Part shown: positions 53,273-62,076 of the stretch, piece after piece | Position numbering within the stretch: the stretch's first letter is position 1 | Layout of the letters: every line of letters starts with the position of its first letter | DNA from: Patescibacteria group bacterium | GTDB lineage: Bacteria > Patescibacteriota > Patescibacteriia > UBA9934 > GWF2-40-263 | Reading direction: 5' to 3' | NCBI GenBank assembly: GCA_004297215.1 | Contig: SCUM01000001.1 | Coordinates: forward strand, 545,181-609,180 | DNA: 64,000 bases | The notes under the pieces: model-generated | Told to the model about the DNA's origin: nothing | Databases searched by the model: none | What the model saw: the letters and a program-made list of their open reading frames with translations, nothing else | Program-made: the position numbers and the translations under genes

Positions 53273-53958
53273 CGCTGCACGAAACGCCACGCCATCTTCC
53301 ATCCGTAACAGCTCGGATCGAAGGTCTCGAAGCGGACTTCCTCGTAATCGGTCTTCAGGACGTCCGCGGGCGGCTTGCCGACGCAATGGCTTGCCTGCCA
53401 ATCCGTCATCCCTCCCTGCGGCACCTCCATCTCCAGATGCAGGTGAGCGCCGTGCACGTGACCGGTGTCGCCGACCTCCCCGATGACGTCTCCCGCACGG
53501 TCGATATGGTCACCGACCTTATGGAAGACGCGACGGAGATGGCAGTATTTCACCCGCTGCTGCACGGACGTACCGCCGTCCATCCAGCGGTACCGGACGA
53601 GAAGGCAGTTGTTGATAGGGGTGATTTCCTCGACCGTTCCATCGTCACGCACGGAAAGCACGGGAATCCCTTTCCGCATCTTCACGTCCATGCCGAGATG
53701 AAAATCCTGGACGCAACGACCTTTGCTGCTCGCCACGGGATTGCATCGAGGACCATACGGGCTGCCGACGACTTCTCGTACGTTCTTTTTCGTCGGTCGA
53801 TTTTCGAACAGCACCGGATACACCAGCGCGCGGGTCGGATCGCAGCTCTTGCGAACGCCCCAGGCGTGGCATTGGCCGATGGTCTTTTGAACGTCGACGG
53901 CCGTATCGGTCTGCGAGACGATCGCGAACGCGAACAGGTAGGAAACGATCGCGGTCAT
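53263..53958 (-). CDS. M23-family (LytM/lysostaphin-type) zinc metallopeptidase, secreted
   Basis: Signal/anchor MTAIVSYLFAFAIVSQT; HxxxD (FHLGMD) and HxH (DTGHVHGAHLHLEM) zinc-ligand motifs. Confidence 0.75.
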   Translation of the reverse strand: MTAIVSYLFAFAIVSQTDTAVDVQKTIGQCHAWGVRKSCDPTRALVYPVLFENRPTKKNVREVVGSPYGPRCNPVASSKGRCVQDFHLGMDVKMRKGIPVLSVRDDGTVEEITPINNCLLVRYRWMDGGTSVQQRVKYCHLRRVFHKVGDHIDRAGDVIGEVGDTGHVHGAHLHLEMEVPQGGMTDWQASHCVGKPPADVLKTDYEEVRFETFDPSCYGWKMAWRFVQRRP

Positions 53959-54042
53959 GGCAGCCTCCTTGGTATAAAACTCTCGGGGCTCCCAATCACG
54001 TTGACTGGGCTTGCCGTTTGAGCCCCCAACCCGAGCAGATGC

Positions 54043-54671
54043 TCAAGGGTTGGGGTCGTGTGGCGCTTTGGGAAGCGCCGGGGTGCGGTGGCGGCCATGC
54101 AGGATCTCCTGCTTGATCGCCCGCATCACGTGGCCGGAGGCGTAGAACTCTCCGGCGAGGTAGATCACCCGGTCGAGCGCGGACAGCTTCTCGAAGAAGA
54201 ACTGTCGTTTGCCCGTTTCCGGATGCATGTCGTAGGTAGGCCGCAGGCCGATGATCGCGTACGTCATGCCGACGAGCGGCAGGAGTTCGATCATCAGGCA
54301 GACGGCCTTCCCTGGGTTGTCGAGGTCGATGACCCGCAGGAACTCCTTCAAGGCGTACCGCCTTGCGCTTGTTTCTTGCGGGCCTTCTTGGCCGCCTTCT
54401 TTTTCGCCTTCTGGCTCTTCGCGTACTCCGCGAAGGCATGCTGGATCACCTTGATTGGGATCCAGATGGGCGAGAGAAGGAACCACTTGAGCCACCACTT
54501 CCCGATGTCGAGAGGGGTGAACCCAGCGATCTTCACGCCGGCCAGGTTCAGAACGAACCCGAGCACGAGAGCCGGCGCCACCACCCAGACGAGCGAGGTG
54601 TAGATCACCGCCGCCCAACCGTTGTGGGTGGAGAGGAGGAGGTTGTGAATCGCGTTCGAGATGAACTCCAT
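54043..54671 (-). pseudogene. Membrane-anchored protein gene apparently split by a frameshift within a lysine-rich tract (or two overlapping small genes)
   Basis: Frame 1 (54671->54348) reads MEFISNAIHNLL...TM helices...AKSQKAKKKAAKKARKKQAQGGTP*. A different minus frame continues from ~54360 to 54043 with protein-like sequence ...ARRYALKEFLRVIDLDNPGKAVCLMIELLPLVGMTYAIIGLRPTYDMHPETGKRQFFFEKLSALDRVIYLAGEFYASGHV.... The upstream part of that second frame is GC-noise-like. Confidence 0.3.
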
Positions 54672-54834
54672 GGTCTGTCTCTTCCATTTTCGTCGAAATA
54701 TCGACGGGCATGGATGCCCTCTGGGGTTGAAGAACGGAGGTGTTCAGGATGGCCCTGAATCGAAAGACAGGCGCTTGCGCTGCCTGTCTGACGAGGAAAA
54801 GTGTACCACTTTTTTGCCCTTTTGTCAACCCCGA

Positions 54835-54900
54835 CGTTTCAAGAATTTGTGTAATTCCAGCCAAATTATTGAAAGTCGGGGCCCCGACCCCGAAGGGCGT
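54835..54900. repeat. REP-like nested-hairpin element (copy 3), overlapping the 3' end of the upstream CDS
   Basis: caaccccgacg...gtcggggccccgaccccgaagggcgtcggggg, related to 28245-28320. Confidence 0.45.
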
Positions 54901-55762
54901 CGGGGGAGTGTTCAGCCAAAAATGCTTGTACCATCTCGAGCGTCACCGGGTGCTTCGTCCCGCTGTTCTTATGCCCCCACGCGCGGCCCATGCCGAAGGT
55001 GAATCCGCCGAAACGGTTGAACAATTTCTCGGCCGCGTCGGACTCCTGGACGTAGATGAACCCTCGGTCTGCCTCGACCACGATGATCGGGGTGGGCTTG
55101 CGCATGGCAAGCGCTGCGATGCGCGACAGCCGCACGCGCAGGTTTCCCGTCCCGTCCCCATGAACGATGAAATACCCGTTCCACGCTTCGCGCTTGTCCC
55201 ACGCGCGCTGGGCCTGCGCCATCTTTTCCTGTTCCTTGCCTGGATCGCGCACCTCATCCATGAGCCGGTCCATGTGCTCGAAGATGCCGCGGATGTCCTT
55301 CCATGCATATCCCTCCTTCAAGAGCGCCCACACGTACCCGCGGTCCTGGATGCCGATCGCGCGCACCAGGCGCGGATCGAACCCGAGCGCCTTGAGTTTC
55401 TTGTCGGTGATGCGGAAGAGCGAGCGGAACTGCTCGAGCGAGGAGCGCAGCCGGCGGCCGGTCTTCGGGTTCCGGGCACGATCAAGGCCGGTGTACTCGT
55501 GATGATCGATGATGACCACGTCGAATCCGGCGCGCCGAAGCGACTCCTCCGCCTTGGGCCCGGGCATCTCCACGACCACCACGCGCTTGTGCCCGCTGGC
55601 CTTCACCCGTTTCAACAGCTCCTTTTCCTTGTCGAGCGTCGCCCCATGGCCCTGCCGCGACCGGATGACGGGAAGCCCCATCGCCTTCGCGATGCGCCAG
55701 ATCTGAACGGCTTCGGGGTCGTTCACGGGGATGATGAGGACGCGGTCGCTCATAGGCATCAT
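54866..55762 (-). CDS. Hypothetical protein with an IIDHH motif (possible divergent DHH-like fold), 298 aa
   Basis: RVVVVEMPGPKAEESLRRAGFDVVIIDHHEY. No other recognisable signature. The last ~10 codons fall inside the REP-like element. Confidence 0.4.
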   Translation of the reverse strand: MMPMSDRVLIIPVNDPEAVQIWRIAKAMGLPVIRSRQGHGATLDKEKELLKRVKASGHKRVVVVEMPGPKAEESLRRAGFDVVIIDHHEYTGLDRARNPKTGRRLRSSLEQFRSLFRITDKKLKALGFDPRLVRAIGIQDRGYVWALLKEGYAWKDIRGIFEHMDRLMDEVRDPGKEQEKMAQAQRAWDKREAWNGYFIVHGDGTGNLRVRLSRIAALAMRKPTPIIVVEADRGFIYVQESDAAEKLFNRFGGFTFGMGRAWGHKNSGTKHPVTLEMVQAFLAEHSPDALRGRGPDFQ

Positions 55763-55977
55763 TGACGGATGACCCGCCTATCATACATACTTTCGGCGGC
55801 TCGTGCGTATCCCAAGGCATCGTGGAACCCATCGGGATCGGTCGCCGAACAGGCAGACGATGGAAACTGGCGAGCATGCCTCGAACACGAAGCATCGTAG
55901 GTTCGAAAATTCCGCTGGCCGGGCTTACGGGCGGCCACCTGCCGCCCCGTCATGACCAACCCCCACCGGAGGATACG

Positions 55978-56133
55978 ATGCCCGAAGAAACGCGCGCCAA
56001 CGCTCGCGACCGACTCGACTGCGGACTGGGAGGGTGCTCGGCCCCGATCATCCCGCTCCCCTTCCACCTGCCCGGGTTTTACCCCGCGGTCACCGTCCGC
56101 GCGGTGATCCCGAAGCCGAAGCCGATCGCGTAG
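55978..56133 (+). CDS. Candidate small protein (52 aa) on the opposite strand to the surrounding gene string
   Basis: GGAGGA SD lies 5 nt before ATG 55978. The product is MPEETRANARDRLDCGLGGCSAPIIPLPFHLPGFYPAVTVRAVIPKPKPIA. The stop is followed 7 nt later by a strong plus-strand terminator. The frame is open back to ATG 55762, so it could be 123 aa. Confidence 0.3.
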   Translation: MPEETRANARDRLDCGLGGCSAPIIPLPFHLPGFYPAVTVRAVIPKPKPIA

Positions 56134-56142
56134 CGTTCATCG

Positions 56143-56174
56143 CCGAGGGAAGACCTCCCCTCGGTGATTTTTTT
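56143..56174 (+). terminator. Strong plus-strand rho-independent terminator
   Basis: ccgaggg-aagacctc-ccctcgg followed by TGATTTTTTT. No T-run on the opposite strand, so it is unidirectional. Confidence 0.6.
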
Positions 56175-56197
56175 GGATGAGAAAAGCCGCGGCGAAG

Positions 56198-56476
56198 CTA
56201 GTCGTCGCGGCTGGCGGGAGGATCCCGGAAGGCGCCGGCATCCTCGAGGCGTCGCGCGAGGGCGAGGCGCTCCTTCATGGCTTGCGCGAGGGTGATGTCG
56301 CCGCGCGTGAGCCGGGCGCCGACGTCCTCGTATTCGGGCGTGGCCTGGACCTGCCTGGTCACTTCGGCGAGACGGGAGAGTTCCGCCTCGTCCGGCAGCG
56401 CGGGGACGAACGGCACGCCTCCGGCGGCGGCCATGGCCGCCTGGGCCTGGAGCTGGGCTCCCTGGTTTGTCGCCAT
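56198..56476 (-). CDS. Hypothetical small protein (92 aa)
   Basis: Start MATNQGAQLQ is preceded by CAGGAGGTCGCG (SD). Ala/Gln-rich N-terminus; no family recognised. Confidence 0.4.
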   Translation of the reverse strand: MATNQGAQLQAQAAMAAAGGVPFVPALPDEAELSRLAEVTRQVQATPEYEDVGARLTRGDITLAQAMKERLALARRLEDAGAFRDPPASRDD

Positions 56477-56527
56477 CGCGACCTCCTGCGTTTGTTGCGT
56501 GGGACTGGAAACCATAATGGAAAGGGG

Positions 56528-57742
56528 TTACGCCGTCAAGACGGCCTGCCCGCCTTGGATGACGAGCGGGGCTTCGAGGCGCTGCGACCCATGCAGGATG
56601 ACGGAGGAGAGCGCCGGCACGCGCAGAAGGGTGTCTTCGGCCTCCTGCCCGACCACCTCGAGCATTTGCCCATGGGTGAGCGGCGTCTGCGCCCAACGCT
56701 TGTACCGTTCGACGGCCTTCAGGAATTCCGGCGTCCCGGCCACCCCGAGCGCGCTCGCGACGAGCGAATCGCGCACGAACAGGCCGGTCTCCAGGTCGCG
56801 CCGGCCGATCATCTTCAGGATGCCCGGGGCGGGCAGGATCTTCTGCGCGTATTCGCGGAGTCGCGCCTCTGCCGTCTCATCCGTCCACTCGCGATCCGGC
56901 TCGGACCCGATCGCGAACACGAGCGGCGTGAAATAGTCCTGGAGGAATAGCTCCCGGTCGGCGTTCGTGCGGGCCGTTTCCCGTTCAATCCATCGCCCTT
57001 CGCGCACCGACGCCTTGGCCAGGCGTTCGCCGTGCGCGGGCAGCGCCTCCTGCGCCGTGGCAAGCTTGTCCGCGTACCGCTGATGGATGGAGCGGATGAA
57101 AGCCGCGTCACGTTCAGAAACGGCGGCGGACTTGGATTGGATGAAACGGACGACTTGGACCGCATCCTTCTTTTTGGCAATGTCGTAAATCACCTCCACG
57201 AGGTCGATGCCCTGCTCGGCATCCAACCGGTCATGGGTACCGAGCATCTGGCGAAACGTGGCCGGAAGCCTTGCCTGGCGGCGGTCGTTTTCAAAACCAT
57301 CCTGAAGGCGCTTCACGTCGGCGAACACCGCGAGCGCGCCACGCGCGAAGATGTCCGCATACTCCACCGGCTTGATCTCCTTTTTTACCAGCTTCCCCTG
57401 TTGGAACCGGAAATCCGGGAGCATGGGGAGGCCCCGCTCGGCCGCGGCAGCGCCAAACGCGCGCGCAAACCGCTTCGAGAGCGCGTCAGGGGCGATGGAC
57501 CCGTTCACAAGGCCGCGCAAAAGCCTGTTTTGCAGAGCCGCCTCGGGCAGGCGCAACTCGCCGGCGCGTTCCCTCGATGCGATCGTAAGGAAATCCCTCA
57601 CGACCTGATCCAAATCGACGACCTCGCCGCCCTTCACGTCGCGCACGGACATCTCCTGCATCTCCCCCCTCTGCGGCTTCTCGACCAGCCTGAACGCGGG
57701 CGGCTGGCGCTCGGAAGCTTGGGAAGACGGCTGCTCGGCCAT
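56528..57742 (-). CDS. Hypothetical protein (~405 aa), no recognisable domain
   Basis: Long ORF with protein-like composition immediately downstream of ileS on the same strand. The start was set at MAEQPSSQ; the ORF is open to 57805. Confidence 0.45.
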   Translation of the reverse strand: MAEQPSSQASERQPPAFRLVEKPQRGEMQEMSVRDVKGGEVVDLDQVVRDFLTIASRERAGELRLPEAALQNRLLRGLVNGSIAPDALSKRFARAFGAAAAERGLPMLPDFRFQQGKLVKKEIKPVEYADIFARGALAVFADVKRLQDGFENDRRQARLPATFRQMLGTHDRLDAEQGIDLVEVIYDIAKKKDAVQVVRFIQSKSAAVSERDAAFIRSIHQRYADKLATAQEALPAHGERLAKASVREGRWIERETARTNADRELFLQDYFTPLVFAIGSEPDREWTDETAEARLREYAQKILPAPGILKMIGRRDLETGLFVRDSLVASALGVAGTPEFLKAVERYKRWAQTPLTHGQMLEVVGQEAEDTLLRVPALSSVILHGSQRLEAPLVIQGGQAVLTA

Positions 57743-57832
57743 AGGGGGAAACAAAATGGGCGAACGCCCGGAGGCGTCCACCCAATCTGACAAGCAGTAT
57801 AGCACGTTTGACGACGGATTTCAAGGGCCGTT

Positions 57833-60781
57833 TTACGGCGTTTTCTCAAATCCGACCGTCATATCCATCTCATTGGCGCGGAAGGAGGCGGCGTTTGCCG
57901 GTTTCGCGCCATCCGTGCGCAAGCTTTTCGCAAGCGTGCCGGTGATGACGGAGTCCTTGTGCTCGTCGAGCATCAATTTCACGTCAGGATGAGAGCTTTC
58001 GACGAATACGACGATGCGGTCCTGGATGGTGAGGCCGGCTTCCTTGCGCATGGCGTTGATTTTACGGATCACCTCTCTGCTGGTGCCTTCTCGGACGAGT
58101 TCCGGCGTGAGCGTCGCGTCGATCTCGACGGCGGCATCCCCTTTTTTGACGATGACGGCCTTCACGTTCACCTCGTCCTTCAAGATCTCGACAAGCTCGG
58201 GTGCGAGTTCCCCGCTGGGGAGCGACACGGTCATGGACGAAAGCGCCTGGCGCACGTTCTTCCCCGCTTCCGCCCTGCGCTCGAGCGCTTTGGAGACGAC
58301 GGAGCGGACGCGCGCCATGTCCGCGAGCAGATCGCCGTCCACGAGCGTCTCGTCCGCCTCCGGCCAGTCCTCGAGGTGCACGGACAGACGTTTCCCAACG
58401 CCGGCGAAACTGCCTTCTACGGCCTGATAGACGTGTTCTGCGAGAAACGGGGCGAACGGGGCGATCATTTTCGCGAAGGTGTCGAGGACGACGCGCAAGG
58501 TCATGACGGCTTCGCCCACAGACCCCCTGTCGTCCACCTTATCAAGGGGGACACTGGCCTTGAAACGGTCACGCGAACGGCGTACGTACCACTGGGAAAG
58601 GTCCGCGACGAATTCCGAGAGCGGCCGTGCGGCGCCAGCGAAGTCGTAGGCGTCCATGGCCTTCGTCTCGGCCTTGAGGGTCTCGTGGAGACGAGAGAGG
58701 ATCCAGCGGTCGAGGACGTGGGAGTTGGTATTTGGGAGTTGGGAGTTGGTATGCGCGGGGGTGGCGTAGAGCTGGTAGAAACTGACGACGTTCTTCAGGA
58801 TCATCACGAACTTCTTGTTCACCTCGTCCACGCCGGCTTCGCTGAAGCGCAGGTTCTCGCCGTGCACCACCGGGGAGGACATGAGATACAGGCGTACGGC
58901 GTCGGCGCCGTGCTTCTCCACCACCTCCATCGGGTCCGGATAGTTGTTGAGGCGCTTGCTCATCTTCTTCCCATCCTCGGCAAGCACGATGCCGTTCACC
59001 ACCACGTTTCGGAACGCCGGCTTGTCGAAGAGCGCCGTGGCGAGCACGTGCAGGGTGTAAAACCAGCCGCGGGTCTGGTCCTGCCCCTCGGCGATGAACT
59101 CGGCCGGGAACCCCGCGTCGAACTTTTCGGCGTTCTCAAACGGGTAATGGAGCTGGGCGTACGGCATGCTCCCGGACTCGAACCAGCAGTCGAGCACGTC
59201 GGGGACGCGCGCGTAGGTCTTGCCGCCCTTCGTGATGGTGATTGGGTCAACGATGTGCTTGTGCAGGTCGGTAACCTTCACGCCCGAAAGCTCCGCGAGC
59301 TCGTCGCGCGAGCCAAGGCACAGCACGTCGCCGTCCTCGGCGCGCCACACCGGAATGGGAGTGCCCCAAAATCGGCTGCGGCTCACGGCCCAGTCGCGCG
59401 CGCCCTCGAGCCACTTCCCGAAGCGGCCCTCCTTCATGTTTTCCGGCACCCAATTGATCCCTTCGTTGTGTTCGAGGAGCTTCGCCTTGAGCTCCGTGAC
59501 GCGCACGAACCACGACGAGGTCGCGTAGTTGAGCAACGGGGTGTCGCAGCGCCAGCAGTGCGGGTAGCTGTGCTGGATTTTCTTCTTCCAAACGAGACTC
59601 CCGCGCTTCGCGAGCGCCTTGATGATTTCCACGTCCATCCCCTGACCGTCCTCTTTGGACTTCACGGGACGACCCTTCACGGCGAACCCGTCCGTGACGA
59701 GCCCTTCGACAAGCTCAGGGACGAACGTCCCGTTCATCAACACATGCATGAGCGGCTTCACCTGCTCGCGCTTGCCAAGCTCCATGTCGTCGTCGCCGAA
59801 CCCGGGGGCGATGTGCACCACCTGCGTGCCGTCCTCAGTGGAAACGAACTCGGCCGCGACCACGCGGAAGGCATTTTCCCATTCCTTGAAATATGGGAAG
59901 AGCGGCTCGTAGGTCGCCCCGACAAGGTCGCTCCCCTTTGCCGATCCGACGACGGCCGCGTCACGTAGCGGAAAATCCTTTTCGTTCGAAAGACGAGCGA
60001 GCGCCGCCTTCCCAATCAGGTATTTCGTCCCTTCTTTCTCGATGAGGACATACTCCATGTCCGCGCCAACGGCGAGCAGGACGTTCCCCGGAAGCGTCCA
60101 TGGCGTCGTCGTCCACGCCACCAGCTTCGCCCCGGCGTGCGCCCCGCTCGTGAGCGTGAAGCCCGCGAACACCGAGATGTCCGTCACGTCCTGATAGTTC
60201 TGGCTCACCTCGAAGTTGGACAGCGCCGTCTCGCAGCGCGGACAAATATGCATGGGCTTGTGGCCCTCATACACGAGGCCGCGTTCCCACAGAGAGCGAA
60301 ACACCCACCAGATGCTCTCCATGTAGGAGAGGTCCATGGTCTTGTAGGAGTTCTCCATGTCCACCCAGCGGCCGATGCGGCGGATCACCTTTTTCCACTC
60401 GTCCGCGTAGGTGAGCACCGTGTCATGGCAGGCGTCGTTGAAATTCCCGATGCCGAACGCCTCGATGTCCGCGCGGCTCTTGAGGTCGAGCTTCTTCTCG
60501 ATGATGTTCTCGATCGGGAGCCCGTGGCAGTCCCACCCCCAAGTGCGCTCCACGCGCCGACCCTTCATCGTCCAGTAGCGCGGCGCGAGATCCTTCATCA
60601 CCGACGCGACGATGTGGCCGTAGTGCGGCAGCCCCGTGGCGAACGGCGGGCCGTCATAGAACGTGTACGCCTTTTCCGCCGGCCGGTTCTCAATGGATTT
60701 CTCAAACACCGAATGCGTTTCCCAATACGAGAGGATGTCGTGCTCCTGGGAAGCGCCAGTGGCGCGTTTTTCATCTGCCAT
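57833..60781 (-). CDS. ileS: Isoleucine--tRNA ligase
   Basis: PPFATGLPHYGHIV (HIGH), KMSKRLNN (KMSKS), CP1 editing domain; 982 aa. Contains an in-frame repeat-derived insertion at ~58725-58762 (gggagttggtatttgggagttgggagttgg on the plus strand). Confidence 0.95.
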   Translation of the reverse strand: MADEKRATGASQEHDILSYWETHSVFEKSIENRPAEKAYTFYDGPPFATGLPHYGHIVASVMKDLAPRYWTMKGRRVERTWGWDCHGLPIENIIEKKLDLKSRADIEAFGIGNFNDACHDTVLTYADEWKKVIRRIGRWVDMENSYKTMDLSYMESIWWVFRSLWERGLVYEGHKPMHICPRCETALSNFEVSQNYQDVTDISVFAGFTLTSGAHAGAKLVAWTTTPWTLPGNVLLAVGADMEYVLIEKEGTKYLIGKAALARLSNEKDFPLRDAAVVGSAKGSDLVGATYEPLFPYFKEWENAFRVVAAEFVSTEDGTQVVHIAPGFGDDDMELGKREQVKPLMHVLMNGTFVPELVEGLVTDGFAVKGRPVKSKEDGQGMDVEIIKALAKRGSLVWKKKIQHSYPHCWRCDTPLLNYATSSWFVRVTELKAKLLEHNEGINWVPENMKEGRFGKWLEGARDWAVSRSRFWGTPIPVWRAEDGDVLCLGSRDELAELSGVKVTDLHKHIVDPITITKGGKTYARVPDVLDCWFESGSMPYAQLHYPFENAEKFDAGFPAEFIAEGQDQTRGWFYTLHVLATALFDKPAFRNVVVNGIVLAEDGKKMSKRLNNYPDPMEVVEKHGADAVRLYLMSSPVVHGENLRFSEAGVDEVNKKFVMILKNVVSFYQLYATPAHTNSQLPNTNSHVLDRWILSRLHETLKAETKAMDAYDFAGAARPLSEFVADLSQWYVRRSRDRFKASVPLDKVDDRGSVGEAVMTLRVVLDTFAKMIAPFAPFLAEHVYQAVEGSFAGVGKRLSVHLEDWPEADETLVDGDLLADMARVRSVVSKALERRAEAGKNVRQALSSMTVSLPSGELAPELVEILKDEVNVKAVIVKKGDAAVEIDATLTPELVREGTSREVIRKINAMRKEAGLTIQDRIVVFVESSHPDVKLMLDEHKDSVITGTLAKSLRTDGAKPANAASFRANEMDMTVGFEKTP

Positions 60782-60826
60782 ATCGCGGAAATCCTAACAG
60801 TTTGGGGGGTGGAGGGCAACGCCCGA

Positions 60827-61312
60827 ATGGGTTACCCTATGGGCATTATGAAACCCACCATTTACGTCGGAGCCGACCATGCGGGCTGGGAGCTCAAGGA
60901 AGCGTTGGAGGAAACGCTCAAGGAAGAAGGGTACAAGGTCGTGGACATGGGCAACCGCGACCTGGTGGAGGACGACGACTATCCGGATTTCGGGTACGCG
61001 GTGGCGAAACGCGTGGTGACGGACCCAGGGAGCCACGGAATCGTGCTGTGCGGCAACGCGCAGGGGATCTGCATCGTCTCAAACAAGGTGAAGGGGATCC
61101 GCGCGGCCACCGGGTTCAACGCCGAGGCGGCCAAGATGGCGCGTACGGACGACGACAGCAACGTGCTATGCCTCCCGGCGCGGTTCCTGAAGCCGGCGGA
61201 AGCGAAAAAGATCGTGAAGGAATGGCTCGACACCCCGTTCTCGGGCGCGGAACGGCATGTGCGGCGATTGAAGAAGGTCGAGGAGATCGAGAACGAACAG
61301 TACGGAGTTTAG
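60827..61312 (+). CDS. rpiB: Ribose-5-phosphate isomerase B (RpiB/LacAB family)
   Basis: MKPTIYVGADHAGWELKEAL...GIVLCGNAQGICIVSNKVKGIRAA...; GGTGGAGGG lies upstream. Start ATG chosen at 60827; alternatives are 60839 and 60848. Confidence 0.85.
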   Translation: MGYPMGIMKPTIYVGADHAGWELKEALEETLKEEGYKVVDMGNRDLVEDDDYPDFGYAVAKRVVTDPGSHGIVLCGNAQGICIVSNKVKGIRAATGFNAEAAKMARTDDDSNVLCLPARFLKPAEAKKIVKEWLDTPFSGAERHVRRLKKVEEIENEQYGV

Positions 61313-61374
61313 GTAAGTCAGGTAAGTCAGGAGCTCCTTACAGACCTGACAAGCCTGAAAAGCCTGAAAAGCCT

Positions 61375-62031
61375 ATGATCGAAATCATCCCATCCATCCT
61401 CGTCCAAAGCGCCGACGAGTTCGAGCGGCGGCTGCGGCTCGTGGAAGACGGCTGCCTCACGGTGCATGTGGACGTGCTCGACGGGACGCTGTTCCCCTTC
61501 GTGAGCTGGTTCGACGCAAGCCGCGTGGGTACCCTTCGTACGCCCGTGCGATACGAGCTGCACCTCATGGTGGAGAATCCCCTGCCGATCATCGAGGCGT
61601 GGCGGAAGGAGGTGCCGGGATTCATGCGCGCCATCGTGCACGCCGAGATCAAGCGGCCGCTGGGCGCCGTGCTCGACCAGATCGCCGCGTGCAACCTTGA
61701 GGCGGGAATCGCGATGAATCCCGAGACGCCCATCCACGAGGTGCACCCGTTCGCGCACCGCATCCACCAGCTCACGGTGATGGGGGTGCACCCGGGAGCG
61801 TCGGGCCAGTCGTTCCTCGGGGAACCGATTCTCGAAAAAATGCGATCGATTGCCGAGCATTTCGCGGATTTGCCCGTGGAAATCGACGGGGGCGTTACCT
61901 CGGAGCTGCTCCCCGTGTTGATAGGGGCGGGAGCGACGCGCCTGTGCGCGGCCTCGTCGCTCTTTGGCGCCTCGGATCCTCTCGTCACCCTGCGGCACAT
62001 GCGGGAAACCGCCTCGACGTACGACGCGTGA
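61375..62031 (+). CDS. rpe: Ribulose-phosphate 3-epimerase
   Basis: MIEIIPSILVQSADEF...HVDVLDGTLFP...MNPETP...VMGVHPGASGQSF...IDGGV; 218 aa. Confidence 0.9.
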   Translation: MIEIIPSILVQSADEFERRLRLVEDGCLTVHVDVLDGTLFPFVSWFDASRVGTLRTPVRYELHLMVENPLPIIEAWRKEVPGFMRAIVHAEIKRPLGAVLDQIAACNLEAGIAMNPETPIHEVHPFAHRIHQLTVMGVHPGASGQSFLGEPILEKMRSIAEHFADLPVEIDGGVTSELLPVLIGAGATRLCAASSLFGASDPLVTLRHMRETASTYDA

Positions 62032-62076
62032 GCGTGCTATCCTCCCTTTAATCATTCATCACTGCGTAACGACCCT

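Noticed and set aside
55763-56175. tmRNA, SRP RNA or 6S RNA in the 435-bp gap
   Set aside because: I could not find tmRNA (tRNA-like ends, tag ORF), 4.5S domain IV (GGAA...AGCAGCCA) or other consensus blocks. The region is reported only as a candidate small gene with a terminator.
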